Positions 1 to 9,388 of a stretch of DNA of 64,000 nt are shown one piece after another. The first letter of the stretch is position 1. Every line of letters begins with the position of its first letter. The stretch lies in NCBI GenBank assembly GCA_964497805.1, contig CAZCFB010000012.1:3301-67300 (forward strand), in the 5' to 3' direction. The translations under genes and the position numbers were made by a program. The notes under the pieces were generated by a model. That model was not told the origin of the DNA, did no database searches, and saw nothing but the letters and a program-made list of their open reading frames with translations. Source of the stretch: an uncultured Kofleriaceae bacterium (lineage in GTDB: Bacteria; Myxococcota_A; Polyangia; GCA-2747355; CAZCFB01).

Positions 1-885
1 AGCTTCCCCGTGGCGGGAGAGAAGGTGGAGGCCCGCTCATATCAGCTGCTGCCCGGGGGGCAGGTGGCCACCGCTATGCTGGCTGGTCAGCGCCTGGGCT
101 TGAGCTGCGCATACCTCGGGGCGGTGGGCGACGATGACCTGGCGCCCCTGGCCTGCCGGAGGCTGGAGCGCGAGGGGGTGGAGGTGCACCTGCGCCAGGT
201 GGAGGGCGGGCGCACGCAGATGTCCACCAACCTGGTCATCACCGACGGTGAACGCACCCTCCTGGAGCACTATGATCCCCGAGTGTTTATGCGCGCCGAA
301 GATCTGGAGGGGCGGCGCGGCCTGATCCAGAGCGCCAGGGCCCTGCACCTGGACATCACAGATCTGCCGGCGGCGCTGCGGGCGGCCCGGTGGGCCCGGG
401 AGGCGGGCGCCCTCGTGAGCCTGGACATCGACCGGCTGCTGCCCGGGGTGGAGGAGCTGTTCCCCCTGGTGGATCTGTTCGTGGCGGCCGAGGAGCTGCC
501 CGATCTGCTCGGCTTCAGCGATGCCGCGGATGCCCTGGCCTACCTGCGCCGGCGCTGCCCGGGGGTGGTTGGTGTTACCCGGGGTGAGATGGGGTGCCTG
601 CTATGGGCGCCGGGAGAGGACGCGCCTGCCAGCTACCCCGCCTTCCTGGTGGAGGCGGCTGACACAACAGGCTGTGGGGACGTGTTCCGCGGGGCGTTGC
701 TGTCAGCGCTGCTGCGAGGCGCCGCACCGGAGCCTGGGGACCTGACCGAGGCCGTGCGCTTCGCCGCTGCCGCCGCTGCCCTGCAGGCTCGCGCCCAGGG
801 GGCCCAGACGGCGGTGCCCGACCTGGACGCGGTGCTATCATTCCTGGCCAGCGAGCCCGAGGTGAGAGGAGGAGCGGAAGTATGA
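1..885 (+). CDS. PfkB-family carbohydrate kinase (ribokinase-like); 5' end probably outside the window
   Basis: Track ORF 10..885 stays open back to base 1. C-terminal PfkB signature DTTGCGDVFRGALLSAL. The GG region LLPGGQVATAM lies near the start, although it normally sits about 30 aa into these kinases. The stop overlaps the next ATG (ATGA at 882-885). Confidence 0.75.
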   Translation, partial: SFPVAGEKVEARSYQLLPGGQVATAMLAGQRLGLSCAYLGAVGDDDLAPLACRRLEREGVEVHLRQVEGGRTQMSTNLVITDGERTLLEHYDPRVFMRAEDLEGRRGLIQSARALHLDITDLPAALRAARWAREAGALVSLDIDRLLPGVEELFPLVDLFVAAEELPDLLGFSDAADALAYLRRRCPGVVGVTRGEMGCLLWAPGEDAPASYPAFLVEAADTTGCGDVFRGALLSALLRGAAPEPGDLTEAVRFAAAAAALQARAQGAQTAVPDLDAVLSFLASEPEVRGGAEV

Positions 886-1166
886 CCGAGGCGAAAGAGA
901 CGGGGGTTCCGGCCGGGGCCATCTACCCGCCGGCCGGAGGGCCCCACGAGGAACAGGTGGTGGATTGCACCCGGGCCTTCGCCAGGGGCGACTTCGGGGA
1001 GGCGCGCAAGCTGGCCGACCTGGTGGCCGGCGCCGGAGAGGCCACGGACGAGGAGAAGGCCTTCGCCGCGGAGGTCATCCGGCGGATCAAGATGGATCCA
1101 GTGGCGTTGTGGGTGGGCGTGGCCTGCGTGGCTATGTTCGGGGTGATTTTGGCGTTGACGATGTGA
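882..1166 (+). CDS. hypothetical small protein with C-terminal transmembrane helix
   Basis: 94-aa ORF with an ATGA overlap to the upstream kinase gene, which suggests translational coupling. Hydrophobic C-terminus ALWVGVACVAMFGVILALTM. No recognisable family. Confidence 0.45.
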   Translation: MTEAKETGVPAGAIYPPAGGPHEEQVVDCTRAFARGDFGEARKLADLVAGAGEATDEEKAFAAEVIRRIKMDPVALWVGVACVAMFGVILALTM

Positions 1167-1167
1167 T

Positions 1168-1224
1168 TTGGGGGACGGTGCTGCTTTGTTGCTATTTTTG
1201 GGGCGGTGCTGCTATTTTGGCTGG
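1168..1224. repeat. left arm of a 57-bp inverted repeat (partner 2661-2717)
   Basis: TTGGGGGACGGTGCTGCTTTGTTGCTATTTTTGGGGCGGTGCTGCTATTTTGGCTGG. Its reverse complement matches 2661-2717 at 55/57 positions. The match also shows as the shared peptide WGTVLLCCYFWGGAAILAG in track ORFs 965..1261(+) and 2459..2740(-). Confidence 0.9.
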
Positions 1225-1257
1225 CTTCCAGCCGCTCCGAACCCTTCTGTTTGGCTA

Positions 1258-2520
1258 TTAAAAGCCTTCGATGTCTGAGGTGTTGACTCCGGGTTGGGTG
1301 TCTTCGCCGGGGAACTCTTCATCACCAGTGAACAGGCCCGTGGCTGCTTCGAGTAGGCCGCCGTCATCTGGTGGTGGGGCAGCGTCGGAGCGCTCGCCGG
1401 TGAAGTAGGGCGGCTGGGGCAGGCCGTGGGTTTCAGGGCGGAAGAAGGCCTCGATCATGTCGTCGAAGCCGTCCGCCGCGAGCTTGGACTGGAAGGTGGG
1501 AACCACCCCGGTGGGGGCCATGTAGCCCTCCACCTTCTCGTCCCGGGCCGAGGCGGTCTGGGTGAAGATCCACATATCTTGCACCCGGTAGTCGCCCTTG
1601 CGGGTAAGGGGCAGCACCTCGCTGATGGCGGTGACCTTGCGGCTGCCGTCCCGCATGCGGGCCTGGCAAACCACCACGTCAATTGCCGACGAAACCTGGG
1701 CGCGAACAGCGGTCAGGGGCAGGCCGATGTCGGCCAGCAGGGCCAGGCTCTCCAGCCGGGAGAGGGTCTCTATGGGGCTGTTGGCGTGGGTGGTGCACAG
1801 CATGCCGCCGTGGCCGGTGTTCATGGCCTGCAGCAGGTCGAAACACTCACCGCCGCGCACCTCGCCGATGACGATGCGGTCCGGGCGCAGGCGCAGGGAT
1901 GAGTGCAGCAGGTCGCGCATGCTCACCTCGCCGCGGCCGTGGCGGTCCGGCGGACGGGACTCCAGGGGGACCAGGTGTTCCTGGGTCAGCTGCAGCTCGG
2001 CCGAGTCCTCGATGGTGAGGATCCGCTCCTCGTTGGGAATGGCCTGGGAGAGCACGTTGAGCAGGGTGGTCTTGCCCGAGCCAGTGCCGCCGGCCACCAC
2101 CACGTTCTTTTTGGCCACAACCAGCACTTCAAGCAGGCGCGCCGCCTCCGGGGTGACGGAGCCGAACTGGATCAGCTCCTCCACGGTGAGGCCACCGGGG
2201 AAGAATTTGCGGATGGAGATCACCGTGCCGCAGCGGGCCATGGGGGGCAGGATCACATGGATACGGGAACCATCGGGCAGGCGCGCGTCCAGGCGGGGCT
2301 GCTCCTCGGTGAGGGTCCTACCCACGTACTGCGCCATGTTGCGGGCAGCAGCCAGTAGGCCATCCTCGGTGAATTGGGCCGAGGTGCGGGTGAGCAAGCC
2401 CTTGCGCTCAATCCAGATGTCATCGGGACCATTGATCATGATCTCAGAGACGTCACGGTCATCGAGGAACTGCACAACTGGGCCGAGGAAGGCCCGGAGG
2501 GATTCGCCAAACATGTCCAT
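1258..2520 (-). CDS. cpaF: CpaF/TadA-family (VirB11-like) secretion ATPase, solitary
   Basis: Walker A VVVAGGTGSGKTTLLN, then ILTIEDSAEL, RPDRIVIGEVRG and GHGGMLCTTHANS boxes typical of CpaF/TadA hexameric ATPases. No other tad or pilus genes are adjacent. Confidence 0.8.
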   Translation of the reverse strand: MDMFGESLRAFLGPVVQFLDDRDVSEIMINGPDDIWIERKGLLTRTSAQFTEDGLLAAARNMAQYVGRTLTEEQPRLDARLPDGSRIHVILPPMARCGTVISIRKFFPGGLTVEELIQFGSVTPEAARLLEVLVVAKKNVVVAGGTGSGKTTLLNVLSQAIPNEERILTIEDSAELQLTQEHLVPLESRPPDRHGRGEVSMRDLLHSSLRLRPDRIVIGEVRGGECFDLLQAMNTGHGGMLCTTHANSPIETLSRLESLALLADIGLPLTAVRAQVSSAIDVVVCQARMRDGSRKVTAISEVLPLTRKGDYRVQDMWIFTQTASARDEKVEGYMAPTGVVPTFQSKLAADGFDDMIEAFFRPETHGLPQPPYFTGERSDAAPPPDDGGLLEAATGLFTGDEEFPGEDTQPGVNTSDIEGF

Positions 2521-2575
2521 GGACGCAGTCTATCAAGAACAGCGCGCATCCGATGCGAAACAGATGGGGTTCGGC

Positions 2576-2634
2576 GCTGTTATTTTGCCCACGCCACTGC
2601 GCCCAAACCAGCAACAACCGGCAAAATAACAGCT
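2576..2634. repeat. hairpin-forming inverted 14-mers (GCTGTTATTTTGCC / GGCAAAATAACAGC) in the cpaF leader
   Basis: 2576-2589 is the exact reverse complement of 2621-2634, with a 31-nt spacer. The 14-mer is related to the GCTGCTATTTTGGC core of the 57-bp repeat. Confidence 0.75.
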
Positions 2635-2660
2635 CCGTACCCGTACGCAGTGGCAGGAGG

Positions 2661-2717
2661 CCAGCTAAAATAGCAGCACCGCCCCAAAAATAGCAACAAA
2701 GCAACACCGTCCCCCAA
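2661..2717. repeat. right arm of the 57-bp inverted repeat (partner 1168-1224)
   Basis: CCAGCTAAAATAGCAGCACCGCCCCAAAAATAGCAACAAAGCAACACCGTCCCCCAA, 55/57 identical to the reverse complement of 1168-1224. Confidence 0.9.
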
Positions 2718-2833
2718 TACTGGCGTTGGGTGAATGTCAATTTGGCACACAGGTGTCAGTTTGGCATGCAGCGTTGACACATCGCCACGATGCCTGCCAC
2801 TCTGACTCAAGTTATTTCGCGCCCTTGGCAATT

Positions 2834-2849
2834 TGGCACTGAACTTGTA
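2834..2849 (+). promoter_or_regulatory. sigma54-type -24/-12 promoter candidate for the activator gene
   Basis: TGGCAC-tgaac-TTGTA versus consensus TGGCAC-N5-TTGCW. It lies 30 nt upstream of the ATG at 2879, with RBS AGGAGGA at 2864-2870 in between. Confidence 0.5.
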
Positions 2850-2878
2850 TCTCTTCAGGATCAAGGAGGAAAAACCCC

Positions 2879-4243
<1,365 letters not shown>

Positions 4244-4339
4244 AGCAGGGGGCCTGGGCGGGCACTTCCCACGGGTCAGGGCGGCGGGGAATGTGTATAA
4301 TCCACGTTCACCCCAATCACCGCGGGAGTTCGCCGAATC

Positions 4340-4864
4340 ATGGCCGCCACCGATGTCTCCACCGGAGAGGTCAAGGTCTGCGCATTATCAGGGCGCTTGA
4401 GGGCCAACGCCCTGGGCTCCTGTGTGGCGATCTCCGTCTACGATCGCGCGCGCAAGGTCGGCGGCATGGCTCATGTCATGCTCCCGGGCCGGTCCCCTGC
4501 CAATAAATCCCACAACGGACGCACCCGCTATCTGGATGACGCCCTGGCCGCGCTGCTGGAGGCGGTGGGGGCCGACCATGCGGACCCATGTGCAATGGAG
4601 GTTTGCGTGGCGGGTGGAGCCAACGTCCTCCGCCGGGAAGGGGACAATATCGGGGACGAGAACGCGGCCGCCGCGCTGGCCGGGCTGGAGGCCCAACGGA
4701 TCCCGGTGGCTGCCGCCTCAACCGGGGGGACCAGGCGGCGCACCATGACCCTGCACCTGGCTGACGGCAGGGTGACACACACGGTGGGAGATTCGGCAGA
4801 GCTCCTGCTCTGGAACGGCGGCGGCCGAAGTGAGAACCCCGGCGGATGGAGGCAGGCCCCATGA
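4340..4864 (+). CDS. cheD: chemoreceptor glutamine deamidase CheD
   Basis: 174 aa with LGSCVAISVYD and GGMAHVMLPG, the CheD Cys and His contexts. The length is typical for CheD. Confidence 0.8.
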   Translation: MAATDVSTGEVKVCALSGRLRANALGSCVAISVYDRARKVGGMAHVMLPGRSPANKSHNGRTRYLDDALAALLEAVGADHADPCAMEVCVAGGANVLRREGDNIGDENAAAALAGLEAQRIPVAAASTGGTRRRTMTLHLADGRVTHTVGDSAELLLWNGGGRSENPGGWRQAP

Positions 4865-7065
4865 GCGACGAGCAAGACGGGGCCGTGACCCCCGAGGAGC
4901 TGGAGCAGAGGCTGCGGGAGCGGGTCAAGGAGCTCACCTGCCTCTACGAGCTGTCACGCATGGTTGAGAACGTTGAGCGCCCACTGGGCGAAACCGTGGA
5001 GCTGCTCCTGCCCAAACTCAAGGTCGCGTGGCGGGCGCCGGAGGAGACCACCTGCGTCCGGATCAAGGTCGGGGACGAGGTCTGGCAGACGGAGGACTTC
5101 GTCAAACCGGTGGCGGTACAGACGGCCGCCATCCCAGGGGACGACCGCTGGCCCGTCGGTGAGGTGGCGGTGGGCTACCTGGAGCCGTGGCCACTACTGG
5201 ACGAGGGACCTTTCCTCCACGAGGAGCGGTTCCTGATCAACACCGTGGCCCGCGCGCTGGGCAACCTGGCCAAGCGGCAGCGGGTGCTGGAGGAGATCCA
5301 GGCTGCCAACCAGCAGCTCGAGGCGTCCAACCAACAGCTGCGGGCCAACGAGCAGCAGCTCCAGGCGGCCAACCAACAGCTGCGAGCCAACGAGCAGCAG
5401 CTCCAGGCGGCCAACCAACAGCTGCGGGCCAACGAGCAGCAGCTCCAGGCGGCCAACCAACAGCTGCGGGCCCATGAGCAGCAGCTGGAGGCGGCCAACC
5501 TGGAGGTCAGGGCCAGCGAAGCCCGCTACCGCGGCGTGCTCAACAGCCTCGACTCCGGGGTGGTGGTCCACGCCGCGGACACCTCCATCGTGCTGGCCAA
5601 CCCGCGCGCCTGCGAGATCCTCGGCCTCACCCTGGGCCAGATGGAGGGGAAGGAGGCCATCGATCCCCAGTGGCAGTTCACCCGCGAGGATGACACCACC
5701 TTGCCCCTGGAAGAGTACCCGGTGATGAAGGTGCTCTCACGGGGAACCGACCTGCGCACAATGGTCGTGGGGGTCTACCGGCCGCAGCACAAGGACAAGG
5801 TCTGGGTGCTGGTCAACGGCCACCCCATGTACAACGACGAAGGGGTGGTGGAGCAGGCGATCATCAGCTTCACCGACATCACCCGGCAGAAGGTGGCCGA
5901 GGAGCAGAAACACCGGCTCCAGGCTCAGCTGCTCCAGGCCCAGAAGATGGAGGCCATCGGCACCTTGGCAGGCGGCGTGGCCCACGACTTCAACAACATC
6001 ATCACCGTGATCAAGTCCAACGTGGAGATCGCCCTGGAGGACGAGGGCGGAGACCTCGAAGCCATGGACGAGATCAAGGAGGCGGCCCAGCGCGCCGGTG
6101 AGCTGACCCGCCAGCTGCTGCTCTACAGCCAGAAGCAGCCCATGAACCTGGAGCCGCTGAGCCTCAACGAGGTGGTGCTGGTCTTCTCCTCCATGATCCG
6201 CCGCATCATCGGCGAGGATGTGGCACTGCACAGCGAGTTCGGCGCGAACCTGTGGGGGATCAAGGCAGACCGTGGGAACCTGGAACAGGTCCTGATGAAC
6301 CTGGCGGTCAACGCCCGGGACGCCATGGCCGACGGCGGGGATTTGTTTGTCTGTACAAGCAACCTGACCCTGGACGAGGCCGACGCCGCTCTCCATGCAG
6401 AGGGCGCCCCCGGGGAGTACGTCCTGTTGGAGATGAGGGACACCGGCGAGGGCATCCCGGAGGATGTCCTGGAGCGTGTGTTCGAGCCGTTCTACACCAC
6501 CAAGAAGGCTGGCCGGGGCACGGGGCTCGGCCTCTCGGTGGTCTACGGCATCGTGCAGGAGCACGGCGGGTGGATCGAGGTGACGTCGGCCGAGGGGGAG
6601 GGGGCGACCTTCCGCATCTTCATCCCCCGCACCAGGAAGAAGTCGGCGGCCCCGGCGAGGGTTAAGCAGTTAACCCCGGAAAACCTGGGGCTGGGAGAGC
6701 GGATCCTGTTGGTGGAGGATGATCCGCCGGTGCTGGCCACCATGACCCGCATCCTCGACCGGCATGGGTATCAGGTAACCGTGGCCACGACGGTGGCGGA
6801 GGCGGAGGCGCTCTTCGCCGGGGCGGACGAGCCGATTGACCTGCTCCTGTCGGACGTCATCCTGCCCGACGGCTCAGGCCTCGACATGGCCGTGAAGCTG
6901 GCCGGGGAAAACCCGGAGCTGAAGGTGCTCGTGGCCAGCGGTTACCCGGGGGACAGGTTCGGCTATGAGGAGCTGAAGAAGCAGGGGCTCCCCTTCATCC
7001 AGAAGCCGTTCGAGCTGGGCGCTCTGGTGGGTATGGTGCGCCAAATCCTCGACGGGAAGGCGTAG
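4861..7065 (+). CDS. hybrid sensor histidine kinase (coiled-coil repeat, PAS, HisKA, HATPase_c, REC)
   Basis: H-box GGVAHDFNNIITVI. HATPase boxes NLAVNARDAM, DTGEGI and GTGLGLSVVYG. C-terminal receiver LLSDVILPDGSG. Start set at ATG 4861 (GGAGG at 4848-4852, ATGA overlap with the cheD stop). The track start at 4846 is the alternative. Confidence 0.85.
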   Translation: MSDEQDGAVTPEELEQRLRERVKELTCLYELSRMVENVERPLGETVELLLPKLKVAWRAPEETTCVRIKVGDEVWQTEDFVKPVAVQTAAIPGDDRWPVGEVAVGYLEPWPLLDEGPFLHEERFLINTVARALGNLAKRQRVLEEIQAANQQLEASNQQLRANEQQLQAANQQLRANEQQLQAANQQLRANEQQLQAANQQLRAHEQQLEAANLEVRASEARYRGVLNSLDSGVVVHAADTSIVLANPRACEILGLTLGQMEGKEAIDPQWQFTREDDTTLPLEEYPVMKVLSRGTDLRTMVVGVYRPQHKDKVWVLVNGHPMYNDEGVVEQAIISFTDITRQKVAEEQKHRLQAQLLQAQKMEAIGTLAGGVAHDFNNIITVIKSNVEIALEDEGGDLEAMDEIKEAAQRAGELTRQLLLYSQKQPMNLEPLSLNEVVLVFSSMIRRIIGEDVALHSEFGANLWGIKADRGNLEQVLMNLAVNARDAMADGGDLFVCTSNLTLDEADAALHAEGAPGEYVLLEMRDTGEGIPEDVLERVFEPFYTTKKAGRGTGLGLSVVYGIVQEHGGWIEVTSAEGEGATFRIFIPRTRKKSAAPARVKQLTPENLGLGERILLVEDDPPVLATMTRILDRHGYQVTVATTVAEAEALFAGADEPIDLLLSDVILPDGSGLDMAVKLAGENPELKVLVASGYPGDRFGYEELKKQGLPFIQKPFELGALVGMVRQILDGKA
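5302..5493 (+). repeat. in-frame tandem repeat: 42-bp unit (two 21-bp heptad units), about 4.5 copies, encoding (A-x-x-Q-Q-L-x)x9
   Basis: GCCAACCAACAGCTGCGGGCCAACGAGCAGCAGCTCCAGGCG recurs at 5326, 5368, 5410 and 5452 with 0-4 changes. The peptide is AANQQLEASNQQLRANEQQLQAANQQLRANEQQLQAANQQLRANEQQLQAANQQLRAHEQQLEA. Confidence 0.9.
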
Positions 7066-7070
7066 CGTCG

Positions 7071-7088
7071 GGGGCGCTATTCCGCCCC
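7071..7088. terminator. small GC hairpin between convergent kinase genes
   Basis: GGGGCG-ctattc-CGCCCC, a 6-bp stem, in the 11-bp gap between the stops at 7065 and 7077. There is no U-tract, so the call is weak. Confidence 0.3.
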
Positions 7089-9056
7089 GCTGTCCTGCCG
7101 GTCCAACACCTCCCGCACTTTCGAGGTCAACTCCTCTGCGGTGAACGGCTTGGGCAAAAAGTCGGTGCCCGGGTCGAGCACGCCGTGGTTGGCGATGGTG
7201 TCCTCGGTATACCCGGACATGAAGAGCGCCTGCAGGCCAGGCCTGAGCAGGATCAGCCGGTCGTGCAGCTCCTTGCCGCTCATGCCTGGCATCACCACAT
7301 CGGTGACCAGGAGGTGGATCTGATCGATATCTTCCCCGACGAGATCCAGGGCGGCCGGGCCGCTCTCGGCGCAGAGCACCCGGTAGCCTGCGCGCTCCAG
7401 GATCCGCTTGCTGAGGGTTCGGACCTGCTCCTGATCCTCCACCAGCAGCAGGGTCTCGTCCCCTTTTTGCAGCTCCTGGACCTCCTGCTCCTCTTCGGTG
7501 TCGGAGCGGGTTTCTCTGGGGAAGTGGATCTGGAAGGTGGCGCCGTCGCCCGGCTGGGAGAGCACGCGGATGTGGCCGTGGTTCTGGGTGACGATGCCGT
7601 ACACCGTGGAGAGGCCCAGGCCGGTGCCCTTGCTCTGGGGCTTGGTGGTGAAGAACGGCTCGAACACCCTGGCGCGGGTCTCCTGGTCCATGCCGTGCCC
7701 GGTGTCCCGCACCGAGAAGAGCACGTACTCACCCCGCGGGATGGCGCCCAGGCCGGTGGATCTGTCCCGCACCGTGATGTTGCGGGTGGTCATCACCAGG
7801 CGCCCGCCGTCCGGCATGGCGTCCCGGGCGTTGATGGCCAGGTTCACCAGCACCTGGTCCACCTGGCCCGGATCAAGGCGGACCCGCCAGAGGCCCTCGC
7901 CGGGGCGGAACTGGAGCACCACGTCCTCACCGATGAGGCGGGTGAGCATCTTCCTGGAGTGCCGGATCATCCCGTTCAGGTTGATGACCCGGGGGGAGAT
8001 GAGCTGCTTGCGGGAGAAGGCGAGCAGCTGCTGCGTGAGCACCGCCGCGCTCTGGGCCGCCCGGGTGATCTCCTCCACGTCCAGGCGCCGTGGATCTGCC
8101 TCATCCATCTCCTCCAGCAGGATGCCGGCGAACCCGCTGATGGCGGTGAGGGTGTTGTTGAAGTCGTGGGCCACCCCTCCGGCCAGGCGGCCGATGGCCT
8201 CCATTTTCTGAGACTGCTGGAGCTGCCCTTCCAGGCGCTCCCGCTCCTGGGCCGCCTCGCGCCGTTCAGTTGTGTCCTGGGTCATGGCCAGGCCTGTGCC
8301 GTCGGGCAGCATGATGGCGTTGAGCAACATCCAGCGGCGGGCGCCTTCCTTGACGCGGTACAGGATCTCGCCCTTGGCCTGGCCCGTTGCCTTGTACTGG
8401 CCCCAGATTCTGGCCGCCTGGCGGGTGTACTCCGGGGCCCACAGCTCGGGAATCGTCTTGCCCAGCAGCTCATCCTCGGCGTAGCCGGTTGACTCGCAGT
8501 CCGCCTGGTTCACCTCGATGAAGCGACCGGTCGCGTCGTAGACCATGATCGGGAGGGGGGAGCCCTGGATATAGGCCCGGTACCGGCTCTCGCTGGCCGC
8601 CAGCATCGCCTCGGTCTCCTTGCGCTCGGTGATGTCCGTGGCGATGTGGATGATGTATTCCACGGCTCCGGCCTGGTCGAGCACCGGGGTGCAAGAAACC
8701 AGGAAGATCCGCCCCACGGCCTCCATCTCCATGTCCACGGACTCGTACGCCCCCCCCTTGATGGCGGTGTCGAGGGGGCAATCGTGCGGGGCCTCACTGG
8801 CGCTGTGGAAAATCTCAAAGCACTTGCGGGTGCACAGCTCGCCGAGGTTGAGGCCGGACAAATCCTGGGCCGCCTCGTTGGCGTGGATGATCTTGTGATC
8901 GGGATCCAGGATCAGGGTGGGGTGCCCGATGGCCTGGAAGATGACCTCCCACTGCAGGAGCTGCCCTGGTCCGGCGCCGTTGGGCCGGCCGGCCAGGGTC
9001 TGGTCGCCTTCCCATTGAACCTCGCTGGACGGAACTCCAGTCTTCTGGTCTGCCAT
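7077..9056 (-). CDS. hybrid sensor histidine kinase (PAS-PAS-HisKA-HATPase_c-REC)
   Basis: H-box GGVAHDFNNTLTAI. HATPase boxes NLAINARDAM, DTGHGM and GTGLGLSTVYG. Receiver LLVTDVVMPGMSG. Start set at ATG 9056 (AGGAG 6 nt upstream). The track ORF begins at a TTG at 9104. Confidence 0.85.
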   Translation of the reverse strand: MADQKTGVPSSEVQWEGDQTLAGRPNGAGPGQLLQWEVIFQAIGHPTLILDPDHKIIHANEAAQDLSGLNLGELCTRKCFEIFHSASEAPHDCPLDTAIKGGAYESVDMEMEAVGRIFLVSCTPVLDQAGAVEYIIHIATDITERKETEAMLAASESRYRAYIQGSPLPIMVYDATGRFIEVNQADCESTGYAEDELLGKTIPELWAPEYTRQAARIWGQYKATGQAKGEILYRVKEGARRWMLLNAIMLPDGTGLAMTQDTTERREAAQERERLEGQLQQSQKMEAIGRLAGGVAHDFNNTLTAISGFAGILLEEMDEADPRRLDVEEITRAAQSAAVLTQQLLAFSRKQLISPRVINLNGMIRHSRKMLTRLIGEDVVLQFRPGEGLWRVRLDPGQVDQVLVNLAINARDAMPDGGRLVMTTRNITVRDRSTGLGAIPRGEYVLFSVRDTGHGMDQETRARVFEPFFTTKPQSKGTGLGLSTVYGIVTQNHGHIRVLSQPGDGATFQIHFPRETRSDTEEEQEVQELQKGDETLLLVEDQEQVRTLSKRILERAGYRVLCAESGPAALDLVGEDIDQIHLLVTDVVMPGMSGKELHDRLILLRPGLQALFMSGYTEDTIANHGVLDPGTDFLPKPFTAEELTSKVREVLDRQDSGAE

Positions 9057-9324
9057 TCCCAGCTCCTGAAGGGTCCTGCGACCCTTCGGCGTCCCCAAAT
9101 TCAAAGCTGATCTGAGTTGAGATTTTAGTCCGGGGGCCTACCCGGTGACAACAGTCACTGGCTGTACTGCCACCGGGGCCCGGACACGCCCTCCGGGGTG
9201 CCAGTCCTGTTGCCAATTTGGCACTCGGTTTCGGGCAAGATCGGTCCCATTGCCAGAATGTCCCAAAGAGGGGCCGAGTATCGATTTCGCCCCAATGTTT
9301 TCAGGTAATTAGCCTGTTGACAGT

Positions 9325-9340
9325 TGGCATCGAGTTTGCT
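9325..9340 (+). promoter_or_regulatory. sigma54-type -24/-12 promoter candidate for the gsp operon
   Basis: TGGCAT-cgagt-TTGCT is a near-consensus match to TGGCAC-N5-TTGCW, 49 nt upstream of the gspD ATG. A perfect TTGACA at 9316-9321 overlaps it, so a sigma70 reading cannot be excluded. Confidence 0.6.
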
Positions 9341-9388
9341 CTAACTCAGCCCGAGCCAGTGACTGCTCATCACTACAGGGTATCCAGC

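Noticed and set aside
4296-4301. Perfect TATAAT upstream of cheD as a promoter
   Set aside because: There is no convincing -35 at 16-18 bp (GGTCAG/TCAGGG) and no TG extension. It is plausible but unsupported, so it is not listed as a feature.
5302-5493. Tandem repeats considered as a CRISPR array (also 47316-47423 and 42149-42720)
   Set aside because: They have no unique spacers. The units are contiguous, in frame and encode coiled-coil, GKKPxG or calcium-binding peptide repeats. No cas genes are present.
9218-9388. 57-codon N-terminal extension of the gspD ORF
   Set aside because: The extension would bury the signal peptide and runs through the promoter-like elements. ATG 9389 gives a normal signal peptide.
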